Positions 10,487 to 22,770 of a stretch of 64,000 nucleotides of DNA are shown piece after piece (position 1 is the stretch's first letter; every line of letters begins with the position of its first letter). This stretch comes from Macrostomum hystrix (lineage: Eukaryota; Animalia; Platyhelminthes). Below the pieces are notes generated by a model. It had not been told where the DNA came from, did not search any database, and saw only the letters and a program-made list of their open reading frames with translations. Position numbers and translations under genes: made by a program. The stretch covers positions 1,240,001 through 1,304,000 of the forward strand of contig CATNEN010000009.1 in assembly GCA_950097015.1 (NCBI GenBank). The letters are read 5' to 3'.

Positions 10487-13400
10487 TCACAGCAGCATGT
10501 CGGCGAAGTACTGGTCGAATTCGTCCTCTCTGCAAGTTGGAAAGGGCGAGCGAGTGAGGAACAGGTGAAACTGGACTGTGTGAGTGACTGAGGAACAGGT
10601 GAAACTGCACTGTGTGAGTGACTGAGGAACAGGTGAAACTGGGCTGTGAGTGAGGAACAGGTGAAACTGGGCTGTGTGAGTGACTGAGGAACAGGTGAAA
10701 CTGGACTGTGTGAGTGACTGAGGAACAGGTGAAACTGGGCTGTGTGAGTGAGGAACAGGTGAAACTGGACTGTGTGAGTGACTGAGGAACAGGTGAAACT
10801 GGGCTGTGTGAGTGAGGAACAGGTGAAACTGGACTGTGTGAGTGACTGAGGAACAGGTGAAACTGGACTGTGTGAGTGACTGAGGAACAGGTGAAACTGG
10901 ACTGTGTGAGTGACTGAGGAACAGGTGAAACTGGACTGTGTGAGTGAGTGAGGAACAGGTGAAACTGGGCTGTGTGAGTGAGGAACAGGTGAAACTGGAC
11001 TGTGTGAGTGAGTGAGGAACAGGTGAAACTGTAAAGGAAACGGGCAAATAGACAAAAAACATGCAAGTTTTCGCACCTGCTCGCGCCTTCTTCTTCAGCA
11101 GCCGGCGCCGGCTGTCGCCAGATTTCGTTGGCATCGGCAGCGTCGCCAGATGTACCAGGAGCCTGCTGCTGCTGTTGCTGCTGCTCAGTTGCCTTGCGAA
11201 TCTCCCTAAGAGCCGACAGAACTCCGTCGCCGTCCTCGCCCTGACTGGCTGTCCCGGCGTCATCAGCCGCTGCGGCTGCATCTGGCTCTGCCGAAGACTG
11301 AAGCCGCTGCCGCTTCGCTTCGCGCTGCCGGTGCCTGGTGCGAACGAGGGTGCTCACGTGAGTAATATTCTTTAGCGCAATTGATACGGGTCAGATAGAC
11401 TACAGTGATGGCCCCATTTTGTTTACTCTCCTTCCAATCTCCCCTCTCCTCTCATTCTTCCCTCTTACGATTCTCGCCAATATTTCTCCCATTCTCCCCT
11501 CTCCTCTGATATCATAATCCCATTCTTCCTCTCCTACCATTCTCCTCTCTACTCTCATCCTCCCCTTTCCACCCATTTCGCCTCTTATTCTATTCTCCCT
11601 CTCCTCCGATTCGCCCCTCCCCTCCTCTCATTCTCCCCTCCCCATTTTCCTCCTCCCCACTCCCCGAAGCAGCTGCTCACTTTTTCTTATAGTTGAGCCT
11701 GGCTGAGCAGTCGGGGCAGAGGCGCAGTTTCACCAGAGCATTCTTGGTCTCGCCGGCCTCCGTGTAGCGAAAGTTCACCTCCCAGCTGGCCAGGCGGTCG
11801 GCCTGCGGATGGCGCCAATTCAGAGGACTTAATTTTTTTACCAAAATACGAAAACTTCGAGTTAGACTAAAAATTCTGATTAACACAGCAAAACGGATAA
11901 CCATAGAGCCAGTAGTCCAGTCGGCCATAGCAACGCTATTTAGTTATGGATAACCATAGCAACGCTATTTAAGTACTAAAACCCTAGCAACGCTATTAAG
12001 TTACGGATAACCATAGCAACGCTATTTATTGATAACTATAGAAACGCTATATAGTTACGAATAACCATAGCAACGCTATTCACTGATAACCATAGCAACG
12101 CTATTCACTGATAACCATAGCAACGCTATTCACTGATAACCATAGCAACGCTATTCACTGATAATCATAGCAACGCTATTTAAGTACTAAAACCCTAGCA
12201 ACGCTATTAAGTTACGGATAACCATAGCAACGCTATTTATTGATAACCATAGCAACGCTATTCACTGATAACCATAGCAACGCTATTCACTGATAACCAT
12301 AGCAACGCTATTTACTTATAACCATAGCAACGCTATTTACTGATAACCATAGCAACGCTATTTACTGATAACCATAGCAACGCTATTCACTGATAATCAT
12401 AGCAACGCTATTTAAGTACTAAAACCCTAGCAACGCTATTAAGTTACGGATAACCATAGCAACGCTATTCACTGATAACCATAGCAACGCTATTCACTGA
12501 TAACCATAGCAACGCTATTCACTGATAACCATAGCAACGCTATTCACTGATAACCATAGCAACGCTATTTACTTATAACCATAGCAACGCTATTTACTGA
12601 TAACCATAGCAACGCTATTTACTGATAACCATAGCAACGCTATTCACTGATAATCATAGCAACGCTATTCACTGATAACCATAGCAACGCTATTCACTGG
12701 TAACCATAGCAACGCTATTCACTGATAAACATAGCCAGACCTGATCACAGCGCTTGCCGCCGCACGCGAATTGGCCCCTACCGGACAGCACCTCGGCCTC
12801 GGTGCGCCAGCGCAGGCCGATGCGACCGTCGCGGTAGCCGCGCAGGTCGGCGATGCAGTACTCCTTGTACAGCTTGTCCCAGTAGCGCTTGGCCAGCCGC
12901 TGCTCCCAGCTGGCAGAGGCGGCCCCGGCCTCGTCCGAGTCCCACACGAAGCGGTGGTGCTCCCGGATGATGTCGATGTCTCGCTTGTCACGGGAAGCGT
13001 CGCGTTCGAAGTCTGCGAAAGAACCGCAGTAGAATCTGATTGGATTAGGGGTGGCACTCTGATTTTAGGATCGTGTCCTGGAAAACTACGCGCTGGGAAC
13101 TGAAGGGGAGTGTCAGGAGGGAAAAGGGAGTGTCAGGAGGAGGTTGTCAGGGGAGGAGGGTGTCAGGAGAGGAGAGCGTCAGGAGAGGAGGAGGGTGTCA
13201 GGAGGAGAGGAGTATGTCAGGAGGAGAGAAGGGGTATCATGAGGAGAGTGCAAGGAGGAGTCGGGTGTCAGGAGGTCAAGCGAAGGCTCACTTGATGTAG
13301 TTGTTGACCAGCATTTTGTGTCTTGAATAAGCGTCCATGGACATCAGCTGCTGTCTGCGGGTTGCCGCTTCCTCGCAACAGACACCGTCAGCGACGGCCA

Positions 13401-13620
13401 CGCCGCCGCTGATCCTGGGTCGACCGGACGCTCCAGACTGATCGCCGCCAACACCACGATACCGACGCTTCAACGGCAACACCAGCGAGGAGTCGCGCCG
13501 GGCGTCCCTGCCTGCAGCATCCTCCGAGTTCGCTTGGCTGACCGAGTCTTCAAAGCCGAAGTCCGAATGCCAGTCGGCTGGCGCGGCGTCGTTTGCCGTT
13601 GGCAGAGCGGCTGGGTCCGC
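10487..13620 (-). CDS. FRA10AC1: FRA10AC1 homolog; exons 13620-13292, 13035-12741, 11802-11681, 11334-11077, 10529-10487
   Basis: MDAYSRHKMLVNNY, WEQRLAKRYWDKLYKEYCIADL, GLRWRTEAEVLSGRGQFACG, SWEVNFRY...KNALVKLRLCPDCS, C-terminal EDEFDQYFADMLL; phases 2,0,2,2 consistent; no ATG at the start of the first visible exon. Confidence 0.92.
10550..11032. repeat. Tandem array (~29-37-bp variants of GTGTGAGTGACTGAGGAACAGGTGAAACTGGACT) in FRA10AC1 last intron
   Basis: Visible periodicity. Confidence 0.93.
11925..12728. repeat. ~25-bp array (GATAACCATAGCAACGCTATTCACT) in FRA10AC1 intron
   Basis: Visible periodicity; unit contains an X-box-like ATAACCATAGCAAC. Confidence 0.95.
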
Positions 13621-13689
13621 CTGACGAAGTTCGGGCCCGGGTATATGTTTGTGAGGCCAAATTAGCTATGGGATATATGTAAAAAACGG

Positions 13690-14115
13690 GGATAATTCAC
13701 TGGGGGAAATATGCTAAACAGGGATAATTAGCTAGAAGAAATATGCTCAACAGGGATAATTAGCTAGGGGAAATATGCTCAACAGGGATAATTAGCTAGG
13801 GGAAATATGCTCAACAGGGATAATTAGCTAGAAGAAATATGCCCAACAGGGATAATTAGCTAGGGGAAATATGCTCAACAGGGATAATTAGCTAGGGGAA
13901 ATATGCTAATCTGGGATAATTAGCTAGGGGAAATATGCTAAACAGGGATAATAAGCTAGGGGAAATATGCTCAACAGGGATAATTAGCTAGGGGAAATTT
14001 GCTCAACAGGGATAATTAGCTAGAAGAAATATGCTAAAAAGGGATAATTAGCTAGGGGAAATATGCTAATCTGGGATAATTAGCTAGGGGAAATATACTC
14101 ATCTGGGATAATTAG
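13690..14115. repeat. 32-bp array (GGGATAATTAGCTAGGGGAAATATGCTCAACA) between zinc-finger gene and FRA10AC1
   Basis: Visible periodicity. Confidence 0.94.
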
Positions 14116-14670
14116 CCATGGGACAGCCTCAAAAATCGGCCCACTGAAATAAAGCAAGTCAAGAACCATAAGCATGGTTGCACTGAGTTTGAAAATGTGC
14201 AGAATGAAACAGAGAAAAATTGCAGCAGGAGGTCTCATTAATATATTTTGAGTATCGCCGGCTCGGAGACCAGCAGGTAAAAAATACGATCGCAGCAGCA
14301 TGTTCCTGTGCTACTACTATCGTACAGCACAGAGCAGTAGCGAATGAGAACTGATGAATGCAAAATTATATAGAATATATGAAAAATAGAAAAAACTTAA
14401 CAAAATGAATAAGTGGGAGAGCATGGGATTATGGGATTATGGGATTAAGCGCGCAGCTAAATCGCATCGTGATCTGTTAACCCCACTGCGATTGCGCAAT
14501 ACGTACAGGCTAGTTGGCTAAAAAAAAGCATAAAAAGCAAGGCAACCAGTAAGCAGTCGGTGCGGCACTGTTACATTTCCGCGGGCTCCAGAAACAGAAG
14601 GAGCAAAAATACCTGGCATTGAATGCCTCGTCATCTGATTAGATGCCAACTCAAATTGTAATGGGCATCA

Positions 14671-17600
14671 CTAAGCTGGTCCATCGATCAACTTCGCCGA
14701 TGCCTCCGTGGCAGCTGCTGAAGTCGCTGACGAAGGTGGTGGAGACGGCGAAGGTGGCGGAGGCTCTGCCGTCTCCGATGCCGCAGCTGCAGTGGATGCC
14801 GCGCTGGGCGCCGATGTTGCCGGAGATGTCGGCACGCGGCGCTTTGAGAGCCGCTGCTGCTGCAGGGAGTCGCTGTCTTCGCTGTCTGCGTCCTGGCTGA
14901 AGCAGAGGCCGGGCGGCTCCGCCTCATCCGCAGTCTGCGCCGGTCGCTGCTGAGACTGCATCGTCTTCCGCTTCTGCTGACGCCTGGCCACGCCGCCTTC
15001 TTCGCCTCCGACACTCTCGGAGCCAACGGCCTCAGTCGCCAACGCGGCCGTCTTGGCCGCAGTGGCACCGCGGGTGTCCTCGTCCGAGCTGACGCTGGTC
15101 GCTGCGGCCGCGGCAGCCGCGGAGGTCCGTCCACGACGCTTGCGCAGCACCTTGCCCCGCTGGCGCTGCCGCTTGGCGTCCTGAACCGGCGACTCGGCCG
15201 ATGTTCCAGCCGCGGCCGCATCCTCCGCGCCGTAGACGACCACGACTTCCGCATCGTCGTCAGCTCGCCGATCTGAAGCTGTTGAATCCACGGAGGACGA
15301 CACGGATCGGCGCTGCGGCTGGCGCGACTTTCGCTTCAGACTGGCGGCTGCTGGCTGAGCCGCCGCTGCCGACTGTGCGCTGCTGTCCGCAGACGCCGAC
15401 TTCGTCGTCGGCGCAGTCGCCAAGTTCGCCGAGTCTGACTTCTGGCGTCGGCGAGCGGTTTTCTTTGTCCGCCGGCTGCTCCCCGAGGCAAGCTTGCTGC
15501 CGCTATCGTTGGCGACAGGCAGCGGCTGCTTGAAGCGCTGCCGGAACTGGACGGAGTCGCCCGCCACCTCGCCACTTGAAGAGGCCGCGGCTGCGGCTGC
15601 AGCGGCCGCCGCCGCTTTCCGTTTGCGCTTTCTCTCGACGTCGCCGCCGTTGCCAGCGACCTGGGCGGAGGACGCGGCGGAGCAGCAGATCAGCAGGTGT
15701 TCGTCGGCTGCCTCGCTGCTGTCAAAGATCTGACAGCAAGACTGGCAGGTAAGCTGCGGATGGCTGGCTCGCCGATGCTGCAGCAGCAGGTGCTCCAACC
15801 GGAAGGACAGGGCGCAGACGCCGCAGGGATAGGGGGCGTTGGCGGTTGCCGAAGCGGCTGCCGCCGCAGCGGAAGCGATGTCAGAGGCAGTCGAGTCGCT
15901 GGAGTCGACCTTCAGGTCCTTGAGTCGCACCTAGGAGCCAAATTATTGGTTTGAAATCAATCAATTCTAGGATGGGAAATCGATCAGGAAATCTAAACTC
16001 ACCTTGTGCAAGTTGATGACATGATCAGACAGGTTGCGGACCTGTTTCTGACACACCGGGCATTCGTGAGTCAGCTTTGGTGTCTCGTGAATGTGGCGAA
16101 TATGGCTGGCCAGATTCTGTTTGCCCTTAAGGCAGGCCTGGCAGTGGGGACAGTTGAAACTGCGGCTCTCAGCTGACTGGCCGTGAACCCGCTGTCGGTG
16201 TACAGTCAGCAGGCGCTCGCTAGCGAAAACCTTGCGACAAACGGTGCACTCCATGCCGTCCAGGATGGCAGCGACCGACACTCCGGCAGCGGCGGCCAGG
16301 GCGGCCACGGTTGGAGCCTCCTTGTGCACAGCGGCCAGGTGGTTGCGCAGCAGGTAGTTGCGCTTGAACATGCGGCTGCACTGGGGGCACGGATGCCACT
16401 CAGCCGGGTGCATGTTGGCCTGGTGCTGCCGCAGCCGGAACTGGGAGGGAAATTCTTTGCCGCAGATCTGCGGGCCGCGAGAGGATGGGGTCGAGTGCCG
16501 TGGGCGATTTAGAAAGTGCAGCCAATCTAATACCTGCCTAATAGATCTGACAACTCATCTTGGATATCTGACAACTCATCTTGGATATCTGACAACTCAT
16601 CTTGGATATCTGACAACTTATCTTGGATATCTGACAACTTATCTTGGATATCTGACAACTCATCTTGGATATCTGACAACTCATCTTGGATATCTGACAA
16701 CTCATCTTGGATATCTGACAACTCATCTTGGATATCTGACAACTCATCTTGGATATCTGACAACTCATCTTGGATATCTGACAACTCATCTTGGATATCT
16801 GACAACTCATCTTGGATATCTGACAACTCATCTTGGATATCTGACAACTCATCTTGGATAACTGACTAACCGTCATGCAAATTTGACAACCTATCATGGA
16901 CAACCCATCTGACAACCCATCTGACAACCCATCTGACAACCTATCCTGATCATCTGAAAACCCGTATAGTGTATCCGGCAACCAGAAGTGGCTCACATCG
17001 CACAGGCAGGCGGCATCAGCTGGACGGTGCTGATAGTGCATGTGCTGGATGAGGTTCACTGTGCCAGCGAACCGGTTGACGCCACCGCCGTCTCCTTCGC
17101 CGCTGCACAGGTGGCAGCGCAGTAGCCTGGCGTGACTGGCCATGAGGTGAGCAGTCAGGTCAGACAGCTGGAGGCCACTGTCATCGCTGTCGCTGCCCGC
17201 AGTCGCCCGTCTCGACCGGCTGCCGGCTGCCATCCTGCTCAGTCTGACAACGCTGGGGTGCTCGACGGTTTCGTTCGTGGCGGCTGAGTCTGAGCAGAAA
17301 GGGCACCTGCAGATTGGGATCAGACAAGAGGAGTCAGGCGAATGTGCAAGATATCGGTGAGTGATGGGGCAGAGAGAAAGAGAGACAACTTGACCGGGAG
17401 ATAGGGAAAGCCTTGGATCCAACACAAGGGGGTGAGTGACAGCGGTACGCATTTGCCTCTCGCGATTAGGTCATTGACCTCGATTTCTCGACAATGGCCA
17501 CATTGCGGTTCAAGGTTGCTGTGAAAGTGTACACTGACTGACGATCACAAAGTCAGGTGTACACAGATGTACACACCTGGGTGAGCGTGTGTGCTCAGGA

Positions 17601-18209
17601 GTCAGCGTAATGGGCAGAATTGCCTCCTCGCTGACTGCGAGTCTCATGTCACGAAATAATGTGCCATTGCCCGCAGCCCTCATGAAATTATAATTATAAC
17701 TGTATACGAGACAAGGGGTGTTGTATTCGGCTCACCTGCTGGCATTATTCTGCGCAGAAGCGCAGCAGAGCAGCACGTGTACCAGGCAGCGGGCGACATC
17801 GAATGGCAGCAGGCGCCAGCGCAGCAAATCCGGGACAGTGAGGCCCCGCTCGTACAGCTGGTCGAAGTCGATCAGGCCGGGAGGCAGCGGCTCAGGCGTG
17901 GGCGGCAGTTGGAGGCTGGGCTGAGCTCGCCTGAGCAGGGAGTGCATGAGCCGGACCCGCTTGTCGCAGAATTGAGCATAGCCCATCAGAACGAATAGGT
18001 CCACCCGGCGGCGCTTCTGCTGATTGTCCAGCGACTCTTTGCCAGGTTCGGTTTTGACTTCGGGCCGTTGAGGCTCCACAACTAGCAGAAGGCGCAGGTG
18101 AGGCCAGGGCCTGGCCAGCCAGAGGCCTTCGCATTGGCTGTCGGCGGTATTTGCCAGCAGGCCCGAGACCAGCTCGTTCAGGCGGTAGTCGGCCACTGCG
18201 CGCTGCGAA
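14671..18209 (-). CDS. Multi-C2H2 zinc-finger protein with long Ala/Ser-rich tail; exons 18209-17736, 17306-16997, 16467-16003, 15930-14671; 5' end unresolved
   Basis: C2H2 fingers CHLC..HMHYQH, CD|ICGKEF..HQANMH (joined across a phase-0 intron), CPQC..HLAAVH, CTVC..HRQRVH, CPHC..HIRHIH, CPVC..HVINLH, CGVC..HRRASH; phases 2,0,0 consistent. Confidence 0.85.
16545..16862. repeat. 21-bp array (TCTGACAACTCATCTTGGATA) in zinc-finger intron
   Basis: Visible periodicity. Confidence 0.96.
17495..17680 (+). repeat. Interspersed hairpin-repeat family, copy
   Basis: GTGAAAGTGTACACTGACTGACGATCACAAAGTCAG...GTGTGCTCAGGAGTCAGCG...GGCAGAATTGCCTCCTCGCTGAC shared with 31622-31870 and 46638-46900. Confidence 0.78.
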
Positions 18210-18449
18210 CTGAAGCAAATCAGAACCCAAATAAGGATTATAGGGATCAATATCGGGATTATTGGGATCTATGAGATCAATTTTGGGATTATAGAGATCA
18301 ATAGCCTTATAAGGAGTGAGCGATTTAACGCAATAAAAAGAAATAAGACAGGGGGAAAGACGACAGACGCAGGAATAGGTGACAGACAGGGTGATGTAAT
18401 AGGGACAGGTTGATGGATTAGAGATGGATTGATAGATAATAGAAGGAGG

Positions 18450-18990
18450 ACTATAGACGGAGTGATGGATTAAAGACGGAGTGATGGATTAGAGATAGAG
18501 TGATGGATTGGAGACAGGGTGATGGGTTGGAGACGGAGTGATGGATTAGAGACAGGGTGATGGATTAGAGATAGAGTGATGGATTGGAGACAGGGTGATG
18601 GGTTGGAGACGGAGTGGTGGTCCGGTGGATTAGAGATAGAGTGATGGATTGGAGACAGGGTGATGGGTTGGAGACGGAGTGGTGGATTAAAGATAGAGTG
18701 ATGGATTGGAGACAGGGTGATGGGTTGGAGACAGGGTGATGGGTTGGAGACGGAGTGGTGGATTAGAGATAGAGTGATGGATTGGAGACAGGGTGATGGG
18801 TTGGAGACGGAGTGGTGGATTAGAGATAGAGTGATGGATTGGAGACAGGGTGATGGGTTGGAGACGGAGTGGTGGATTAGAGATAGAGTGATGGATTGGA
18901 GACAGGGTGATGGGTTGGAGACGGAGTGGTGGATTAGAGATAGAGTGATGGATTGGAGACAGGGTGATGGGTTGGAGACGGAGTGGTGGA
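18450..18990. repeat. 57-bp compound array (GAGACAGGGTGATGGGTTGGAGACGGAGTGGTGGATTAGAGATAGAGTGATGGATTG)
   Basis: Visible periodicity; 19-aa period in the ORF track. Confidence 0.93.
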
Positions 18991-19346
18991 TGGACAGAAG
19001 GATCCAAAAAATATCATTTAAAGGTGAGAGTTACAAAGGTGAAGCTATGTTGCCACAGTTTGAAAGTGCAGCATCAATTATTGTAAAAATGCCTTTAAGT
19101 GATGCAATCAAGCAAGAGCTAGTACATGACATGCTTTAGGAAATGTACAGAGAAATTCTAATGCGAGAATTAGTTGCATCTTCTATTCCGAAGTACACTG
19201 ACAACGAAAAAGTTGACATTGATAATAACATCGATGCTTTTAAACTGTGTGAAATATTCCGTCGAGGGCGAATCAAAATGCTTTGCCTCTGTAAAGAGCT
19301 TCTTACTCTTTAGGAATATGCACTTTCTGTACTCAAATTATTTCAG

Positions 19347-19776
19347 TTTAACATGCATCAGTGGATTCGGTGGCTCGTCAGGTAGTCTTAGCAGCAAGAT
19401 CATGGTGAAATTGAACGGTACCATCACAGCTGACGCCTACATTCTAAACAGCACGATCCAATACTCATCACGGACGAGCGTCCCCTTTTTGCCTATGGAT
19501 GCGGTGCAGCGACTCGTCAGTATCGGAATCAACTTCGACGGTAGCAACTTTCTTGATACGATGTGCTTCAACGGTTCCACGAAGAGCATGACTGGGATCA
19601 AAAGCCAAAATAGCAGCACTTGGAATCTGCTAACCATCTGTGACCGCCTGCTGATCGGACACTGCATTTCGTCTGAAATAAAGCCATTTGCCGGTCGGGT
19701 GCAGTACTGGGGCTTGCTGACCGGCAACCTTGACAACAGCCAGTTTGACAACCTGCGCAGCCTGTGCAACCCTTAG
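19347..19776 (+). CDS. ConA/LamG-like terminal exon paralogous to exon 3 of the 37264-39139 gene; upstream exons not found
   Basis: After acceptor TTTCAG (19346): LTCISGF ... GINFDGSNF..FNGS ... DRLLIGHC..PFAGRVQYWG..LDNSQFDNLRSLC, versus DKCVSSF ... GVTFDGSQY..FNGS ... DCLRIGNC..PFDGWLQCWG..LNLAQFDELRSLC; same intron phase (2). Confidence 0.7.
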
Positions 19777-20564
19777 CGCAGAGACAGATGCTTTAAATTT
19801 GTGCAGCATGAGACAATCGGACAAAGCAGCAATTCTGACAAACCAAACCATCGGACAAACCATCATTTGCTTGCGTCTATCAGCTCTTAGTGCAGGCTGA
19901 TTTGTTTACTTGTGTCACGCTTGGCTTGCGTGCTAATTGAGGTGGCTGGTCCGCGTGGCCCAGCCGTACCCTAAGTCCTAGGCTCAGTCAAATAGAACGG
20001 AGCGATTCCAACTGGCAAATAGCAACTTCGCTGGCTCGCTACGTTTCTTAATCAATTCCTGGCCAGCCTTCAGTCTCAAGTTATTACAAATATAATTACA
20101 CGACTTTGCTGAGAATAGCTGCGTAGCAGATTTACGCTATCTTAGCGCATCCATCAAAGGCACAAGAAGAGCAGAAGACGAGGAAGCAAAGAGCTCTTCA
20201 ATCGAGACTTGTGATCCAATAGAACTGTTGGCACCCTCTCGAACTCGGCCAGCAGCCGAGAGTTGATGCGGTCAGACGGAGATGGTGCAGGCACATTTGC
20301 GTGACATGCGGACAAATTTTGAAGGCCTGGTAAGGTCGCACTGAGGCGCAGTGCTAATTTGTGTATAGGGGTGCATGAAATACACTAGCGCTTATAGGAA
20401 AAATATGACCTTCGGCCAGAACCATTGAATATGTCGACGGTCTGAAGAGCTGGCGACTTCATTCTTGTTTCAAAAGATGCGCAACAAAAAGTTTTCCCGT
20501 GTTCTTGAGTTTCGTGTGCTTGCGAAATTCACAAGGGGGAATTTTTTTGTTTTGTGAAAATTAC

Positions 20565-22284
20565 CTGAACTCCTCCATGCTGACTGGCCGACTCGCCGGC
20601 GACTCCTCCTCGCCAGACGAACCGCCGCCGACGCCAGGGTCTTCTCCGTCTCCATCGCCTTCATCGTCTTCTTCGTCCTCTTCGACATCTTCGCCGACAG
20701 GGAGACGTCGACTGGCGTAGGCGTAGTCCAGTCCGTCGGCTCCTCCGCCGTCTGATCTGTGACGATAGCGCTGCTGCTGCTGCTGTTGCTGCTGCATCTC
20801 CTCACAATAATCGTAGACACCAACAGAAGCAGCCTCTGAAGGATGTCCGTCCAGCACAAAGTCCTTGCAGTCGAACTCTTCCTCCGCCCACTCGTCGGCT
20901 TCGGCTGACACCGCCGAAGTTGCGGCCTTCACGCTGAGCATCGCAAGCAGCTTGCCGAGCACGGAGCCGCCTGCCGGCTCATCTGTGGAGGGCTCCGGTG
21001 CGGCCACTGCCGCTTCAGTAGCTTCAATGGGCTTCACATCTGCAGTCTCTGCAGGGAATTCTTCGACTGGCTGGAACTCAACCTGCTGCTGCGGCAAGGA
21101 CTGCTGAGGCACTAAAATGAATAGCAAATGCGGAGCGTGACTTGCACTTGCATGACAGCAGCTAGATCAATCACTGCCACGATTTGTTAGGCCATTGGGG
21201 CTTCATTGTCACACTGTCATTTTCACATCTTCTGGGACATTCAGTCACGCAACTGAGCCTGCCCAGTCATTTTGTCTGGCCATTGGGACTGTCTAGTTAT
21301 TCAGTCTGGTCATTCAGACTGCCCAGTCATTTAATCTGGTCATTGAGACTGCCCAGTCATTCAGTATAGTCATTGAGCGAGCCTGACTAGTCACTCAGTC
21401 GGGTCATTGTGTTTCCTCGGTAACTCACGCGGCTCCTCCACTGCCAGCACCTCGTGCAGCTCGGCTCGCACGTCGACCAGCTCAACGGGCTGGAAGCCGG
21501 GCGGGGGCCGGCAGAAGCGCATGCCCAGCAGCCTGCGCCGCGGCCGCTGCATTAGATAGGCGCGACCCTCCAGGAGGCCACCAGCGTCGGCCAGTAGGTT
21601 GTCCAGTCGGCGCAGGCAGGCGTCGGACACAACGCAGAGTCCGCGCGCGGGCCACCTGGTCTGGTCCATGACGGCGAAGGTTGGCGGATCATCCGGCAGA
21701 AATTTTCGCCAGGTGGCGGCTCGCCGGCGGAGGATGAGAGCCGAGCCCACCTGCGGCTGTTCGCCAGCCATCGGAGCAGGTGGCTCGAACAGCTCGCGGC
21801 AGAACTCGAAGGAGCAGGTCAGCATGGACAGGTAGACAGACGAGGCGGCAGACACGCTACCGTTGGCGCCGCCAGTCTCTACGCTGGCGAGGCCAGTGAC
21901 GAGGCGGCGGTCCCGGTCCGACGGTCGCTGGCGAGCGAATTCGGCGAAGAAGCCAGCCTTCGGCTTGAGCTTGCCTTCCCTGGCCAGCAGGAGGCCGGTC
22001 AGGTTCAGCGATTGGCCGACGGCTGAGGTCAGTGCCGAAGCTTTGGACGACGGCGCAGCATCGTCTGGACAGGGCGTCAGCGAACCGAGGCTGCGCCGCA
22101 TGTAGCTGGCTGGTGGCTCGGCACGGATCGCATGCGACTGCGGTGAGGGCGAACGACGTCGACGCCGACGGCGATTCTGCGGCTCCGCCATCTGTGATGG
22201 AGTGTCGTTTGGCAAGACGGCCGAGACGGGGGCCACATCGGCTTGGCCGACTGCTTCGTTGTCAAGGTCGATTTCGGACTGCAT
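20565..22284 (-). CDS. Uncharacterised protein, exons 22284-21429 and 21111-20565; may be the 5' part of the zinc-finger gene
   Basis: Two long GC-rich ORFs joined by a GT-AG phase-1 intron; acidic/low-complexity second exon; donor at 20564; small downstream exons near 20410-20440 and 20230-20328 only tentative. Confidence 0.65.
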
Positions 22285-22337
22285 GAGGCTGGGGCGGGGC
22301 GGTGAGGGCTCAGGGCCGGGCTGGGCAGTGTTAAAAC

Positions 22338-22770
22338 CTAATCAGGTGGGGGAGAAGCTAATCAGGTGGGGGAGAAGCTAATCAGGTGGGGGAGAAGCTA
22401 ATCAGGTGGCAGAGAAGCTAATCAGGTGGGAGAGAAGCTAATCAGGTGGGAGAGAAGCTAATCAGGTGGGAGAGAAGCTAATCAGGTGGGGGAGAAGCTA
22501 ATCAGGTGGCAGAGAAGCTAATCAGGTGGCAGAGAAGCTAATCGGGTGGAGGAGAAGCTAATCAGGTGGCAGAGAAGCTAATCAGGTGGGGGAGAAGCTA
22601 ATCAGGTGGCAGAGAAGCTAATCAGGTGGCAGAGAAGCTAATCAGGTGGCAGAGAAGCTAATCGGGTGGAGGAGAAGCTAATCAGGTGGCAGAGAAGCTA
22701 ATCAGGTGGCAGAGAAGCTAATCAGGTGGGAGAGAAGCTAATCAGGTGGAGTAGAAGCTAATCAAGTGGG
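22338..22770. repeat. 20-bp array (AATCAGGTGGCAGAGAAGCT)
   Basis: Visible periodicity. Confidence 0.96.

Noticed and set aside
14643-15954. Plus-strand and alternative-frame ORFs overlapping GC-rich exons (also around 5079-7543 and 58103-58824)
   Set aside because: Shadow ORFs expected in high-GC coding DNA; no domain signatures or splice logic
19000-19320. Missing middle exon of the split PAN-ConA paralog
   Set aside because: Only a faint LTTKKLTLII versus LTARRFSFFF resemblance; upstream stops and no phase-compatible donor
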